Assembly: GCF_006345805.1 (NCBI RefSeq) | Contig: NC_042997.1 | Location: 88,660,001 to 88,724,000 of the forward strand | DNA: 64,000 nt | Source: Octopus sinensis | Taxonomy: Eukaryota | Reading direction: 5' to 3' | Shown here: positions 34,326-46,800 of the stretch, piece after piece | Layout of the letters: each line of letters begins with the position of its first letter | Numbering within the stretch: position 1 is the first letter of the stretch | Notes under the pieces: model-generated | What the model was told of the DNA's origin: nothing | Database searches by the model: none | The model's input: only the letters and a program-made list of their open reading frames with translations | Program-made: the position numbers and the translations under genes

Positions 34326-35725
34326 TTCTGACTTCAATCTAATAATAAATAAAGTGCTACTTCCATTCAGTAGTTTAATGGTAACAAAAACATCTAATTG
34401 TCAAATATCTCTGCAATATTTCAATATTTCATGAATCAGCTGCTGATACAGACCATTACTAGTTTCCCTAAATTGAAGATTTGTCACCAAGGGTACAATG
34501 AAATAAGTATACAAATGAACAAACAATAGATTTTAAAATGCTGTTATCTTTCTTCAAAGTCTTTAGGAAGAAATAACTTTAAAAGACAACGTTCAGGGTT
34601 TACTTACTAGCATTTGCAGTATAAGTGGTTTCAGTAAGGAATCAAACCTGCATTATAGATTCAACTAGAGGAATATTATTTTTTGCTGTAAACTAAGTGC
34701 CAGAAACCGTTTTTAACAGCAATTGTATAATAACCTGTTAGATCCATATCTACTGATTAAAATAAATAAATCTTTAAAATTTAAATTTCAAATATTAAAT
34801 TTTGATTCTAATTAAAGGTAATAAAACTTTAATTTTATTTATTCATAGGTTATGCATCTTATCCATATTATTCTGCTACCATAAGGCAGCAAGTTGTATA
34901 AAATGCAATACTCTCTTCTGGCTTTACATTCTGACTTCAAATGTTGATAAAAGGATGACTTTGCTTTTCATCCTTCCAGGGTCTATAAAATAGATGCTAG
35001 CATTGGGATTGTTGATATTGACTTATACCTTTCCATAAAACTGATGGACGTGTACCAGAATTTGAAACCATTATTTTGGTACTCTACCATTTATGTATAT
35101 AGAAGATGCTATAATTATGGAACAACATTTACTTGATCTGTGGGCCTTTTTAAATTCCAAAAGGGATTCATTTAGTCAGTGCTCTCATGAGAAGAAATTC
35201 ATGTTGAGAACATGGAATCCTCTGCCTGCTGACTAGTGAAGGGAAATCATACATAAACTGACCCTTTTTTGGACTCACCTGAAACCTGTCAAAGGGAGAT
35301 AATTCCATCTTGCCCAGAAGAGGGTTTCATATAGAAGCTTTTCATTTCAGTTTTTTTTTTAGATCCCTGGTTAACCAAGACTGTATTCCTACCTCCATTT
35401 GTAAAGAAATTATATGTCTTCAGTCAGCAGGTCTGATGAGTCACTGGTATTGTTAGGAGCATAATAGGTATGAGTCCAAAGGAAACTTTTTGACTGGCTA
35501 AAAATCAATGACTACATTAAATATATATATATCTATCTACCTACACACACACACACACACTCATGCATGACCAGACTTCCACACAGTTTTCATCTATTAA
35601 ATTTTACTCCTGTCTTTGGCTATAACAAAAGACACTTGCCCAAGGTACCACTAAGTGAGACTGAACCCAAAATCTTGTGGTTCTGAAGTTAACTTCTTCC
35701 TATGCCATGTATGTGCATGTATCAT

Positions 35726-35779
<54 letters not shown>

Positions 35780-35839
35780 TAGGTGGTGCTCCAGCATGGC
35801 TGCAGTCAAATGACTGAATCATGTAAAAGATTAAAAGAT

Positions 35840-35886
<47 letters not shown>

Positions 35887-36960
35887 CAGTGAGCCCGTTA
35901 CTTTTTGATGCAAATATAAAATCAATAGATAACAATTCTCAAGGTAGAAGAGATGATAATTATTTCACAAATATGGTTTTAAAGATGCTCTCTCCTATAA
36001 CTGCACCTTCACGTATTACTCACTTCAGAAAAAAATACAATTTTGAAAGAAATTATGTATTTCATGGTCCTCTTTAAAATTTCAAACTATCTTACAGTCT
36101 CCTGAGAAGCAGTTAAGTTTTTACGAACACGATGATATTACATAACAATTTTGGCTTGAACTATTATTTGTTTAAACCATATGAACTTTTACCAACTTTG
36201 TTAGCAGAATGTTTCACATTTGCATGTAGCCAAAGTTTCAAACATGATCATAAGGTTCTCCACCTCTGCCTCCAGAAGAGAGATTTGTCACAAGGGTAGA
36301 GGAATCATCATCATCATCATCATCATTCAACATCCATTTTTCATGCTGGCATAGGCTGGACAGTTTTGCTGGAGCTGGTAAGCTAGGGAGCTACACCAGA
36401 TTCCAGTCTGATTTGGCTGAATTTCTACAGCTAGATGGCCTCCCTAATGCAAACCACTTTACAGTGTGTGCTGGCTGCTGTTAACATGGCACTGGCATAA
36501 CCACTTTTATGTGGCTCTGACATGAATGCCGTTTATGTAGAACCACATAAGACTCTTGCAGGCCAAAACCTCTTCAACAAGGTGGAGTGGCCTTGAAGAT
36601 TGAAAAGGGAAGGTGGACAAAATATCATTAAGATGGTTTTACAGTGATTGTGTAACACTGGAGCTAAAGAAAATCACACACACACACAGATATATTTATA
36701 AGTAGGTCATATTACTGAACGGGTGTTTTCAAATGAGGATTATCTCACCATATAAATCATGAAATCCTGTAAATAAGCAAAACGAGAAAAATTCTAATTT
36801 TAAAATTAAAAAAGAGAAGCCAGTTTGCTATTTTATTCATTATATCAGATGTAAAATTAGCTTTCCGTAGCGTTATTTCCAGTGGCTCTGTAGCTTGGGA
36901 CGAGGCTAAATTATTTGTTTAAAGGTAAAGATTTGTTAGGAAATATATTAAACTTTATCG

Positions 36961-37304
36961 TGGCACTCAGTTGGTTACGACAACGAGGGTTCCAGTTGAT
37001 CTGATCAACGGAACAGCCTACTCGTGAAATTAAGTGGCTGAGCACTCCACAGACACGTTGATTCTCAGGGAGATTCATGTGACACAGAGTGTGACAAGGC
37101 TAGTCCTTTGAAATACAGGTACAACAGAAACAAGAAAAAAGAGTGAGAGAAAGTTGTGGTGAAAGAATACAGCAGGGTTCGCCACCACCAGCTGCTGGAG
37201 CCTCGTGGAACCTTAGGTGTTTTTGCTCAATAAACACTCACAACGCCCAGTCTGGGAATCGAAATCGCGAGTCCGCCGCCCTAACCACTTAGCCACTGCG
37301 CTAC
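36961..37304 (-). mobile_element. tRNA-derived SINE (family C) with Pol III boxes and TSD
   Basis: A-box TGGCTAAGTGG, B-box-like TTCGATTCC; imperfect 14-bp TSD a(t/c)att(a/g)aactttat on both sides. Confidence 0.85.
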
Positions 37305-37479
37305 CACATTGAACTTTATATAACAGCATTCATAGAAGGGGAGATAATTCTAAACAAATTCTTGAACTAATTCTGAAAACAGTCTTCTATTATTTTGCTT
37401 AGCTTAAAAGATTGGTTAATATATACTTCTGAAGGTGTCTTTTGTTGATAAAACTTATCTCATTCTAAAGTAGCTTAGC

Positions 37480-37725
37480 TATCTACTGTGCATAATGAAT
37501 AACGAGCAATTTAACAAGTAACTGACACCGACGGTGAAAACTCGTCAATGTCATTAAATGTGAGATACAATTAACTGCTTCGACTGTTGTTGATACGGTT
37601 GATGTGTGCGCTATAGTCAAATAATGATGAAAGCATTTTTTTAAAAATCACCAGCTCGATGATTTAGAAAGAAATCCTCCCTGTTAGTCTGAAATATAAT
37701 AATATTTGGTGACATTGTGGTTACG
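37480..37725. promoter_or_regulatory. Probable LONP2 promoter/5' UTR (locally CpG-retaining unique sequence)
   Basis: Lies directly upstream of the ATG and has visibly more CpG than the flanking introns. The TSS cannot be identified. Confidence 0.4.
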
Positions 37726-37829
37726 ATGGCATCTTCAATAACAATTCCTCGACGTCTACCTCTACTTATTGCTGACAATGTCTTGTTACCAGGTTCTTCA
37801 ATGCGTATTTTAGTTCGCAGCTTACAGAA
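37726..37829 (+). CDS. LONP2: LONP2 exon 1 ([35 protein letters not shown])
   Basis: ATG at 37726; ends AA|gtgagt. Confidence 0.95.
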
Positions 37830-40800
37830 GTGAGTACCCAAACATATTTATTAATTAATACTATCTGTTATATTGCTATGTAGGTTAATGTTTACAAGTA
37901 CACCGGCACGAAAACATCGACTCTTTTTTTTTTTTATTTGAAAATTTTTCAGCGGATTCCTATGCTTTCGATGACAGAGATTCTGAATATGCCAAAAACT
38001 ACGTTTTCAAAATTTTCAATTCCTCCCTCCCCACCCCAAATTTTTAAATTTTTTCGGATTTTTTTTTCAGTCTACGTGGAAAAATATGGAGATTTAAATA
38101 TGGAAAAAAGAAAAAATGTAGTGAAACAGATTAATTTATCAAATATTTAAGGTCTGTTAAAAACTAGGGGTATAGCATGTCACGACAACCCTTTGTATAA
38201 TTCTCTGTAACTTTTAGATAATATACATTTTTTTTTACTAAGAGCTATAGTTTCACTAGGTTATTCTCTGGTTATTTACGTGCGGTTAGCAAAGATATAT
38301 TCCGGTGTAGAAGACCAGTGCCTGAATCAAATAACAACTTGTCAACAATCAGCAGCTGAAGTTGTACTTGAATATCAGCTGGCACCGTTTATTTCTCTAA
38401 AATACGACAATATGTTATATTTATATTGTCATCAAACGAATGAAAGAAAGATTGCCACCTTAAAATAATCTCTTTCCTTTAGTTACAGATTACACGATTA
38501 TCAAATATTTGAAGTGACAGGCGTTTCAAAAAGAGATTGTGTCACAAAATGAAGTTAGTAATTTATTAACCAATACTAATTAACCAACAAAACAACCACT
38601 CAACATTAAAACTGCCAGAGGCTGTGTAGAGCAATTTACATGCATCTATCTGCCCGCCCGTCCGTCTTCTTAATTTCCTATATTGATAGAGTATTTAAAT
38701 ATGAAAGTTATTCGGAGTCGATGTTGAAAGGAAGACCAATGGATTAAATTGTTTAAGTTTAAATGGCTTGTTTTTTGTCTATTTTATTTTCCAGTCATTC
38801 CATTAAGTTCACCTGTTGGTGTTAATAATAATGAAATTATTATGTACAGTGCTCAGGTGCACTACAACTTATCAAAGGCGCATGTACAATACATAGAATT
38901 ATGTTTAAATGTCAGGAAAGTGAACAGTGTGTATCATGATTTACATGCAAGCATGCGTATGGAGTGTGTGCGGGGGGATATCAGGTGTAGTGCTGGTGAA
39001 TTTCAGGAAGCATGGAGGTTTTAAAGGATGCAATGTCTTGGCAGCTAACAACTGATGCGGGTAATTTGTGCCATGCTTCAGCAACTCTGAGTGTGAAAAA
39101 ATGTTTCCAAAAGCCATAGGCGGTGTGCTGTTTTCTGACTTTGTAGGTATGCCCTCATGTGTTAGACACATAGAATTCAATAAGGTATTTAAGGTTGTTG
39201 TTGGCACGATAGTTAATAATTTTGTGGGTGTTTACCAAGTGCGTTGCCAGACGTTGGAGCTTTATCGTATCTATGTCCTGGAAGTTTCCAGGAGGTCAAT
39301 GTTCTGAGCAAGGTAAGGGTTCTAGACTGGTGATGCAAATTCCAAGTGTTGCTGCACCATAGCCATAAATAGATAACTAGAGAGTGGCTGGCAAAGGTCT
39401 TGCTGAGTGATGTCAAGACACCCTCAGCCTTCTTGACAATAAATGAATTCAGTTGATACTGTTTATGAGAGAGACACAGATTTATAAGTTTTTCTAAATG
39501 GCTCAGTTTGTTTTTAACTAGAAGGAAAATTACAATATCTTACTTGTTAGAAGCTACAGGCTGCACTGAACTTGTTTCTTATCTGTGAGCATGTTTCTTA
39601 TATGTGAGCATGTTTCTACATAAGTATAATCTGCAGGGGCCTATGATCATCACAACATACAAAAGGGGTAGTGAACTAATTAGTAAATAAATATACAGAA
39701 ATGTGTTTATTACTGTAGAGAAAAAAAAGAATTGTTTGAAATTCTCTCACTGTATATTTTATACGTATGCTTTCACCTGCTTAATATTGATTTCAAACTT
39801 TGGCACAATGCCAGCAATTTCAGAAGAAAGGGTAAGTCAATTACATTGACTCCAGTACTCAACTGGTACTTATTAAATCCATCCTGAAAGGATGAAAGGC
39901 AAAGTCAATCTTGGTAGAATTTGAACTCAGAATGTGAAGACAGATGAAATGCTGCTAAGCATTTCTCATGGTGTGCTAATTCCAAAGCCTCGTCTAAATT
40001 CTTAACTAGTTCCCTTTCTATTCTAGATCTATCTAAACTTAGCTGGTTGCTAAATCTAATAGATTCTAAACAGATGGTTCTCTTGAGGGCATGCCACCAT
40101 CTATTATTAATGATGGCGCCACATAATGCCCTCTGTACTAATTCTTTAATCCAGGCATGGAAGGCTTGACAAGTCAAAATGGACTTGTTCATCTTCCAGT
40201 ACCTGGGTCCCTGTCAATGACATTTATTTATATGTACCTCACATGTCACAAATTTGTGATCCGTGTAAGGCACAATACAAAATTGTGGACAGCTATCTCT
40301 TTCTCTAACAAATATCCTATCTATATACGATCTGCATGAGCTGTCGTTATTACTCCACATCCACTGTGGAACTCTCGGCTCTTCAGTCTGTAATGGTCTA
40401 CTAGATTATAGCTCTCTAGTAGACGCTTGAGGCTAGGATTTCCCCTCCTATCAGTTGAGCCAACACTATCCACCCGTGTATCGAGTGTAGTGTTAAAGTC
40501 TCCTAATAGAACTAACATTTTTGAGGTCACTAGAAAGTGCTCTAGTTCTCGATAAAAGCCAGACTGCCTACACTCCTTAAGAGCATAGACAGCTACCAAT
40601 CTGAAAGACTGTTTACTCATGTGGATCACATCTAGGACGACCAGCCTACCTTCTGGGTCCAGAAAGACTGTACTTACCTGTAAGTCCAAGGTCTTCCTGA
40701 GTAGAACCACCACACCCCCTCCTCCTTGTCGGCCAGGAGAAATAAATTTCTCATAGCCATTTAGAAGAGGCAAGAATGCTTGTGGTCCACTCATCTTGGA

Positions 40801-43800
40801 TTCAGTTACAATGCACACATCTATATCTTGTGACCTGAGGTCGTTCAGGAGACAAGCTTGTTTCCATTTTGAACCCGGCCCACGCACATTTATGCACCCT
40901 AGCTTAATCAACATAAAGAAATTTTATGGAAAAAGAAGTACTTACAATTTAAGTTTTCATGGTGGTGGGGCTGCACAAATACACCTACCTCCACATCCTT
41001 TTCTTTTGCTGGTGGAGCCGCTGGGCTTTTTATTGGTGTAGCTACTGGGCTATTTGTTGGTGTGGCGGCCAGGCTTACGATTAATTTACCCTCCACCACT
41101 TCTGTGCTGACATCTTGCACGTCGTCCAGGTAACGCGCTATCAATTCTTTCCACAGGCCTTTGTCCATTAATGGAAAACTAATGCCTGTCGGTGTGATCT
41201 AATGTATTTAGTCACCAGTTCATTTCTTTCTCTAAAATGCCACTGTTTTTTCATGTGCTTTTTTGGTGGAAGTTTGATAAATGATTTTACTGTGAAGTTG
41301 GATTGGGGAGTTTGGTTGTGTGTATCGTATGTTTTGTTACTTTTTTTGATTGGGGAGGGAAGTCAGGGACATGTGTCTTTTTCCGTTTATGCATAACTGT
41401 GGTAAACTCCATTTCTTCAGTTGTTTCTTCTTTCTCCTCAGCTACATTTTCTTCCTTCTTCGCTAACGCATTCTCTGGCTTGTCTGTTTTTTCCTTCACC
41501 TCCTTTGCAGCTTTTGGGGGAGGAGCTTCATTCTCTTTTTTTTTTTGTGCACTTGGAGTGAATGTGGCCCTTTTCTCCACACTTGAAGCATCTGGGCCTA
41601 TGTCCCTCCACGGCCACTCGCAATGATAGCCCCTCCCCTACAAATACCCTATCGGGTAAATTTTCCAGAGTCTCATTCGCTGCTTGGACTAACATTTCTA
41701 ATGTCTGGCCTTTCCAATTTATGGTGTTCTTCTTTTTCATCTGTAAGAGGAACATCTCTTCTACGTCATAAATCACTGCTGCTGCTACCCACATAACTTC
41801 ATATCCTGCTGGAATTTCTTCCACTGTAATTTTTGCAGTTCTGTGACCCAAGTATGTGGGTAGCAGCATTATCTCATAATTCCTTAATGTTTTTGTTGAC
41901 ACCTCCTTGGCTACGTTCTTGGCTTCTGTTATCCTTTTTTCCTTCAGGTTGTAGATTTTGTATACTACCGTTCTAGCATTGATTGCTTGTACCATTTCAG
42001 GAGGCGGCAACAGTTTAGTGCTTTAAGTTCAGTCATACTGTGCTGCACCTGTGTCTTCTATAACCTGAGGTAGATTAAAGCCTTGGGAGAGGATTTGGCA
42101 GATGGGCACTGAAAGAAGCATTCTGTGTGTGTATGGGTGTGTTACCTGCTTGGAAGCATGTGAGGGTTGGTGTCAGGAAAATCTATCTCAGCAAATTGTG
42201 TCTGACCCATGCAAGCATAGAAAAATGGGCATTGATATTGATGATGATTTAGTTTATTTCAAGAGCTCCTGTCAAACAAAACTCACTGATCTGCTTTTGA
42301 AGAAGTTTCTTTTAATAGCATGTAATTGTCCCTGTGTTTTGTTCTCTCAATTATTGTTTGAGCCTTTTTTGCAATTGGTGGGTTTAAATTTCTGCATTTT
42401 ATAGTATCTTTGAACGAAAAAAAAAAAACTGGCTTTTCTATTTGATTTAGAGTTCTTAGGTATTTATTTGAACTCTAATAGAGAAGAAAATTCATCATTT
42501 GCATGAAATACCATTTTGCATTCTTGTGATTCAATTTCCAAAAATATTTTCAGTTCCTATAGAAACTGAAAATTTCTTAACAAATGAGAGGTGACACTGA
42601 AATTTATTTGAAAAAAATCAAAATTTTCACTGAAATTTATTTCAAAAATCAAAATGTAAACAAACCAATGGTTGATTTTTATGTTTTCATGTCATGAGAT
42701 ATAGGAAACTCTTGTGGATGTAATAGGGTATAATTTGTCATTTTCAATTACATAGTTAGGTATTTTTAATTTTCTGGCACTTTATTCATTGTAAAACACA
42801 TTTGATCTTTTAACTACTTGTGAAGCATTTTTGCCATCAAATGACATTCTATTACATGGATATAGCTGATTGCATGCTGGAAAGAAAGGGAAATGGTTTA
42901 TTGGCAGGATTGATAATGACTTGATTATGTGCTTCTTAGTTTGATGATGAGGAAAATTTTAAATTTTACAATAAATGAAATGGCAAAGGATAAGCTATTT
43001 AAAGTAATTTATTCTTTTGCAGCTAATCAATTAGAAGATTCTGATTGTGATTTTTGAAATTTTGCTATAACTATTTGTGTTTATTCTGATGTGCTGCTCT
43101 CCTTAATTATATCTTCTTTTAAAAGGTGTTGAATTTCTTCATAGATAAACTCAGTACCCATTTAAGTCATAGATTTATTGTTAAACCTCAGGCCAACCTT
43201 GATTAATCACCATCATCACTTAACAAACATTTTCCATGCTGATATGGGTTGGATGGTTTGACAGGAGCTGGCCAGTTTGAAGAGCCACTCAGGCTTCATG
43301 TCTGTTTTGGCATGGTTTCTACAGCTGGATGCCCTTCCTAATGCCAACAACCTTATAGAGTGTAGTGGGTACTTTTATGCAGCACTGCCGCAGGTGTGTT
43401 TATGTAGCACCAGTACCCATGAGCCTGTAAAGTTAGGAATGCTCAGCTGGAGGGGGAAATAGCCTGTATTCAAGGACAACCATGCTTTTACTTAGCTTGA
43501 CATGTCTTTTCAAGCACAGCAAACTGCCAGATATCTTGGACCCCTGTCATCCCATCTCTGAGTCCCAATGTCTGTAGATCCTTTCTCACCACTTCATTCC
43601 ATGTCTTCTTTGGTCTAGCCCTTCCACATATTCCCTCTACTGGCACCTCTTGATGCAACTTTCTTCATTTATACACATCACATGGCCATATTAGTGCAGT
43701 CATTTCTCTTGCACACTACATCTGATGTCTCATATACCCAGTTTTTCTTTCAAATCACTTATTCTCTGTCATGCATTCACACAGACATTTGTTGTTGGAC

Positions 43801-46800
43801 TGTTGGTAATCTTATTCCCCGCCACCCTGTCATGTTTTGAAAGATGTAGTTTCTTTTCATTTCATCAACTATTAGCCTCTGAGTTATAGTGGATAAAAGC
43901 ATTGGAACTTAGATCAAAACAGTGAAAACCCAATGTGAGCACATGTAGATATGCAAAAAGGAAAACAAAAACAAAAAGACCCCACAAAATGAAGGTTAGA
44001 AGTTAAAAAAATATTTTCCATCAGTATTAACAATAACTCATGTCAATTAGTCATGGCACATTTTGGTAATAGTATTAATCAGGTTGAATGACTGTAGAAA
44101 CTTTCGTGCTAACTAAACAGTCTTTGATGCTGATGATGGTAGAAAATGTTGCTGTGATTAATAATGTCCAATAAATATCGCAGTAAAAGGATGTTTGAAG
44201 AAAAAGTATTTATTTGAAAACTCAGAAGATAAAATTGAACTCAGCAATGTTTTATTAACGTATTACTTTTTATCATTTATTGTAGATTAACATCATTTCC
44301 TTTTTGTCTTTATCACTTTGGTAATAAATTATTTCTTTGCTCCTATCATATCTCTAGTGTGATAGCTTCCTTTATCTTTCAGCATGAATATGGTAAAAGG
44401 ACGTCTTATGGGACGAAGCTCACTTCGCAGCACAATCATTGGTGTAATTCCAAAGGAGCAAAATGATGACACTGTAAGTTGTTTCCATATATGTATGTGT
44501 ACTTCCACTCACTCACTCACACACACACTCTCTCTCTCTCTCTCTCTCCATATATATATATATATATATATATATGTGCACTTGTGTACATATCTATGTT
44601 TGTATGTATCTAAATATGTTTCTGTATTTATGAGTATATTCTTCTGTGTGTGTGTGTGTTATACATGTCAAGAGCAGAAACATACCTAAATGATTCAGAA
44701 GTTCATATTGCAATTAGAAAATGTTCAAGTTTCATTGCATTGCATCTTTAGCTTGCAGCTTCTACTATAGTCTTGGATCAACATAACCTTTGTGAGTGAA
44801 ATTAAGTAGACAGAAACTGTGTGGAAGCCCACTGGATGAACTGTATGTCAACATGTCAATGTCAGCATTGTTGTGCTCTGTTGCACACTGATTTTGTTTG
44901 AGGAATATGTTAGGAGTACAAGTGTCTGTGGAATATTCAGCTGCATCATACACTATAATTTGATGAATATTTCGGATTATCAAACAGCTGGAATACTCAC
45001 CGTCAAATTTGACAGTGATTCATCCACTTACATGTCAAGGTGTATATTTCTGCATATTTGCTTGCATGTGTATATATGTTTGCATTTATGTTATATGTAA
45101 GTCTGTGTTTAAAACTTTTTGTATGTTTTTTTTTCTTACTTTTATACAGTCAATTTTTCTATTTTTTTTATGGGAGTTGCATTATGCAAATTTTAACATT
45201 AGCATATTACTAAAAAAATTTTTATGGTTGAATGCCTGTCTTACTATTAACGACTCAACTGTCAAGTAGAAATGGAACCTATTTTCAAATAAATAGAGAT
45301 TTGAATTGAATTCATGTAAGTTTCTTTCATTTTATTTTCCTCTCTATTATGTTTTTTAGGATGAAGATTTAAGCACCCTTCACTCAATTGGAACAGCAGC
45401 AGTTGTGGTTCAGGTAACTGGAACCAACTGGCCTAAACCAGCATATACTCTGTTAGTAACAGGACTGTGTCGGCTGAAAGTGGAGGAACTATTACAAGAG
45501 ACTCCATACCCTGTAGCTACTGTCACTCAACTTGACCAGCTGCCTGATAAAGATTTAGGTAAGACAACTGTGCATTTTGTGTTGCTGAATCCGAACATCA
45601 GTTTTATTGAACCATGTCTTATTCTGTAGTTACTGAATCCTATTTAAGCATAAGGAGAGTCCTTAAGTAAATATAACTAGTTTTTTTGAAGTTGTTTTTG
45701 CTTATCTACTACCTGCACTAATTATGTCATCTTGTTACCTTGGCTTATATGCTATTTAGAATCAGCCTTTAAAAAGTCCTTTCTATTTTGGTCTTGATTA
45801 CTCATACTTTTAACTACTCCATTGCATCTAGTATAGTTGATCCAGTCAGTTTGCTAGACATTTCAGTACATTGGTTGTGTACCCTTTGTATGCAAGGGCT
45901 ATACAAGATCGATTGAGCTTTGTACTCAGACATGTCATTGTGTATTTGAGTTGTCCACTTATTACATGCTTCAGTTTGTCTGATACTTGTAGATTGGTCA
46001 CAGGTCAGGATATGTAGCCTCTCATAATTTGGTATTATATCTTGGAAGAAATTTATCTCACACCCATATAAATCCATGAAACTAGAATTATGTACTATTA
46101 TGATTATTTTATAGACATTTACATCATCCTGTAAAACGAAGAACTGTGAGAAAATATTAGGGCATAACCATTATCTTAGTATATTCCTGTAGATAAAGAA
46201 AAATAAGCTAATCATGTAGCTGTGTGGTAAGAAGCTTTCTTCCCAACCATATGGTTCTGGGTTCAGTCCCACTGTGTGGCACCTTGAGCAAGTGTCTTCT
46301 ACTATAGCTTCAGGCCTACCAGAGCCTTGTGAGTGGATTTGGTAGACAGGAACTGAAAGAAGCCCACCATATATATGTGTGTGTGTGTGTCTTTGCATCT
46401 GTGTTTGTCCACCCCCCCACCACTTAACAACTGATGTTGGCGTTTATGTCCCCATAACTTAGCAGTTCAGCAAAAGAAACCGATACAATTAGTACTAATC
46501 TTACAAAGAATAAGTCCTTGGGTTGATTTGTTCAACTAAAAACCCTTTAAGGTGCTGCCCCAGCATAGCTGCAGTCAAATGACTGAAACAAATAAAAGAA
46601 TAATCCTTCCCAGAGCATGAGGGTCCATAAGATTAGAGCTCATCTCTGATTTCTGTTGTAAGATATAGATCTAATACTAGACAGGATGTGGGGCCATGGT
46701 AAAAATTAAATTGCATTGCAAAGCAAGAAACTACACTACCCTTATTATTTACTTAGAGCTCAGTAGATTCTGTCTGTGAGAGTTGAGTGTCTTGCCTAAG

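Noticed and set aside
35421-35500. CTGATGAGTC...ATGAGTCCAAAGGAAAC hammerhead-like words
   Set aside because: The boxes are separated by about 30 nt of unrelated sequence, CGAAA is incomplete, and there is no stem III or NUH site.
37230-37304. tRNA-like sequence
   Set aside because: It has A/B boxes but no cloverleaf and continues into a SINE body with a TSD.
37641-37841. 66-aa minus-strand ORF as a possible AMDHD1 first exon
   Set aside because: It is the antisense shadow of LONP2 exon 1. The true AMDHD1 coding exon 1 is at 29519-29362.
40908-41168. Separate 86-aa ORF between LINE ORF1 and ORF2
   Set aside because: The frame continues upstream (..[22 protein letters not shown]); most likely the frameshifted ORF1 C-terminus.
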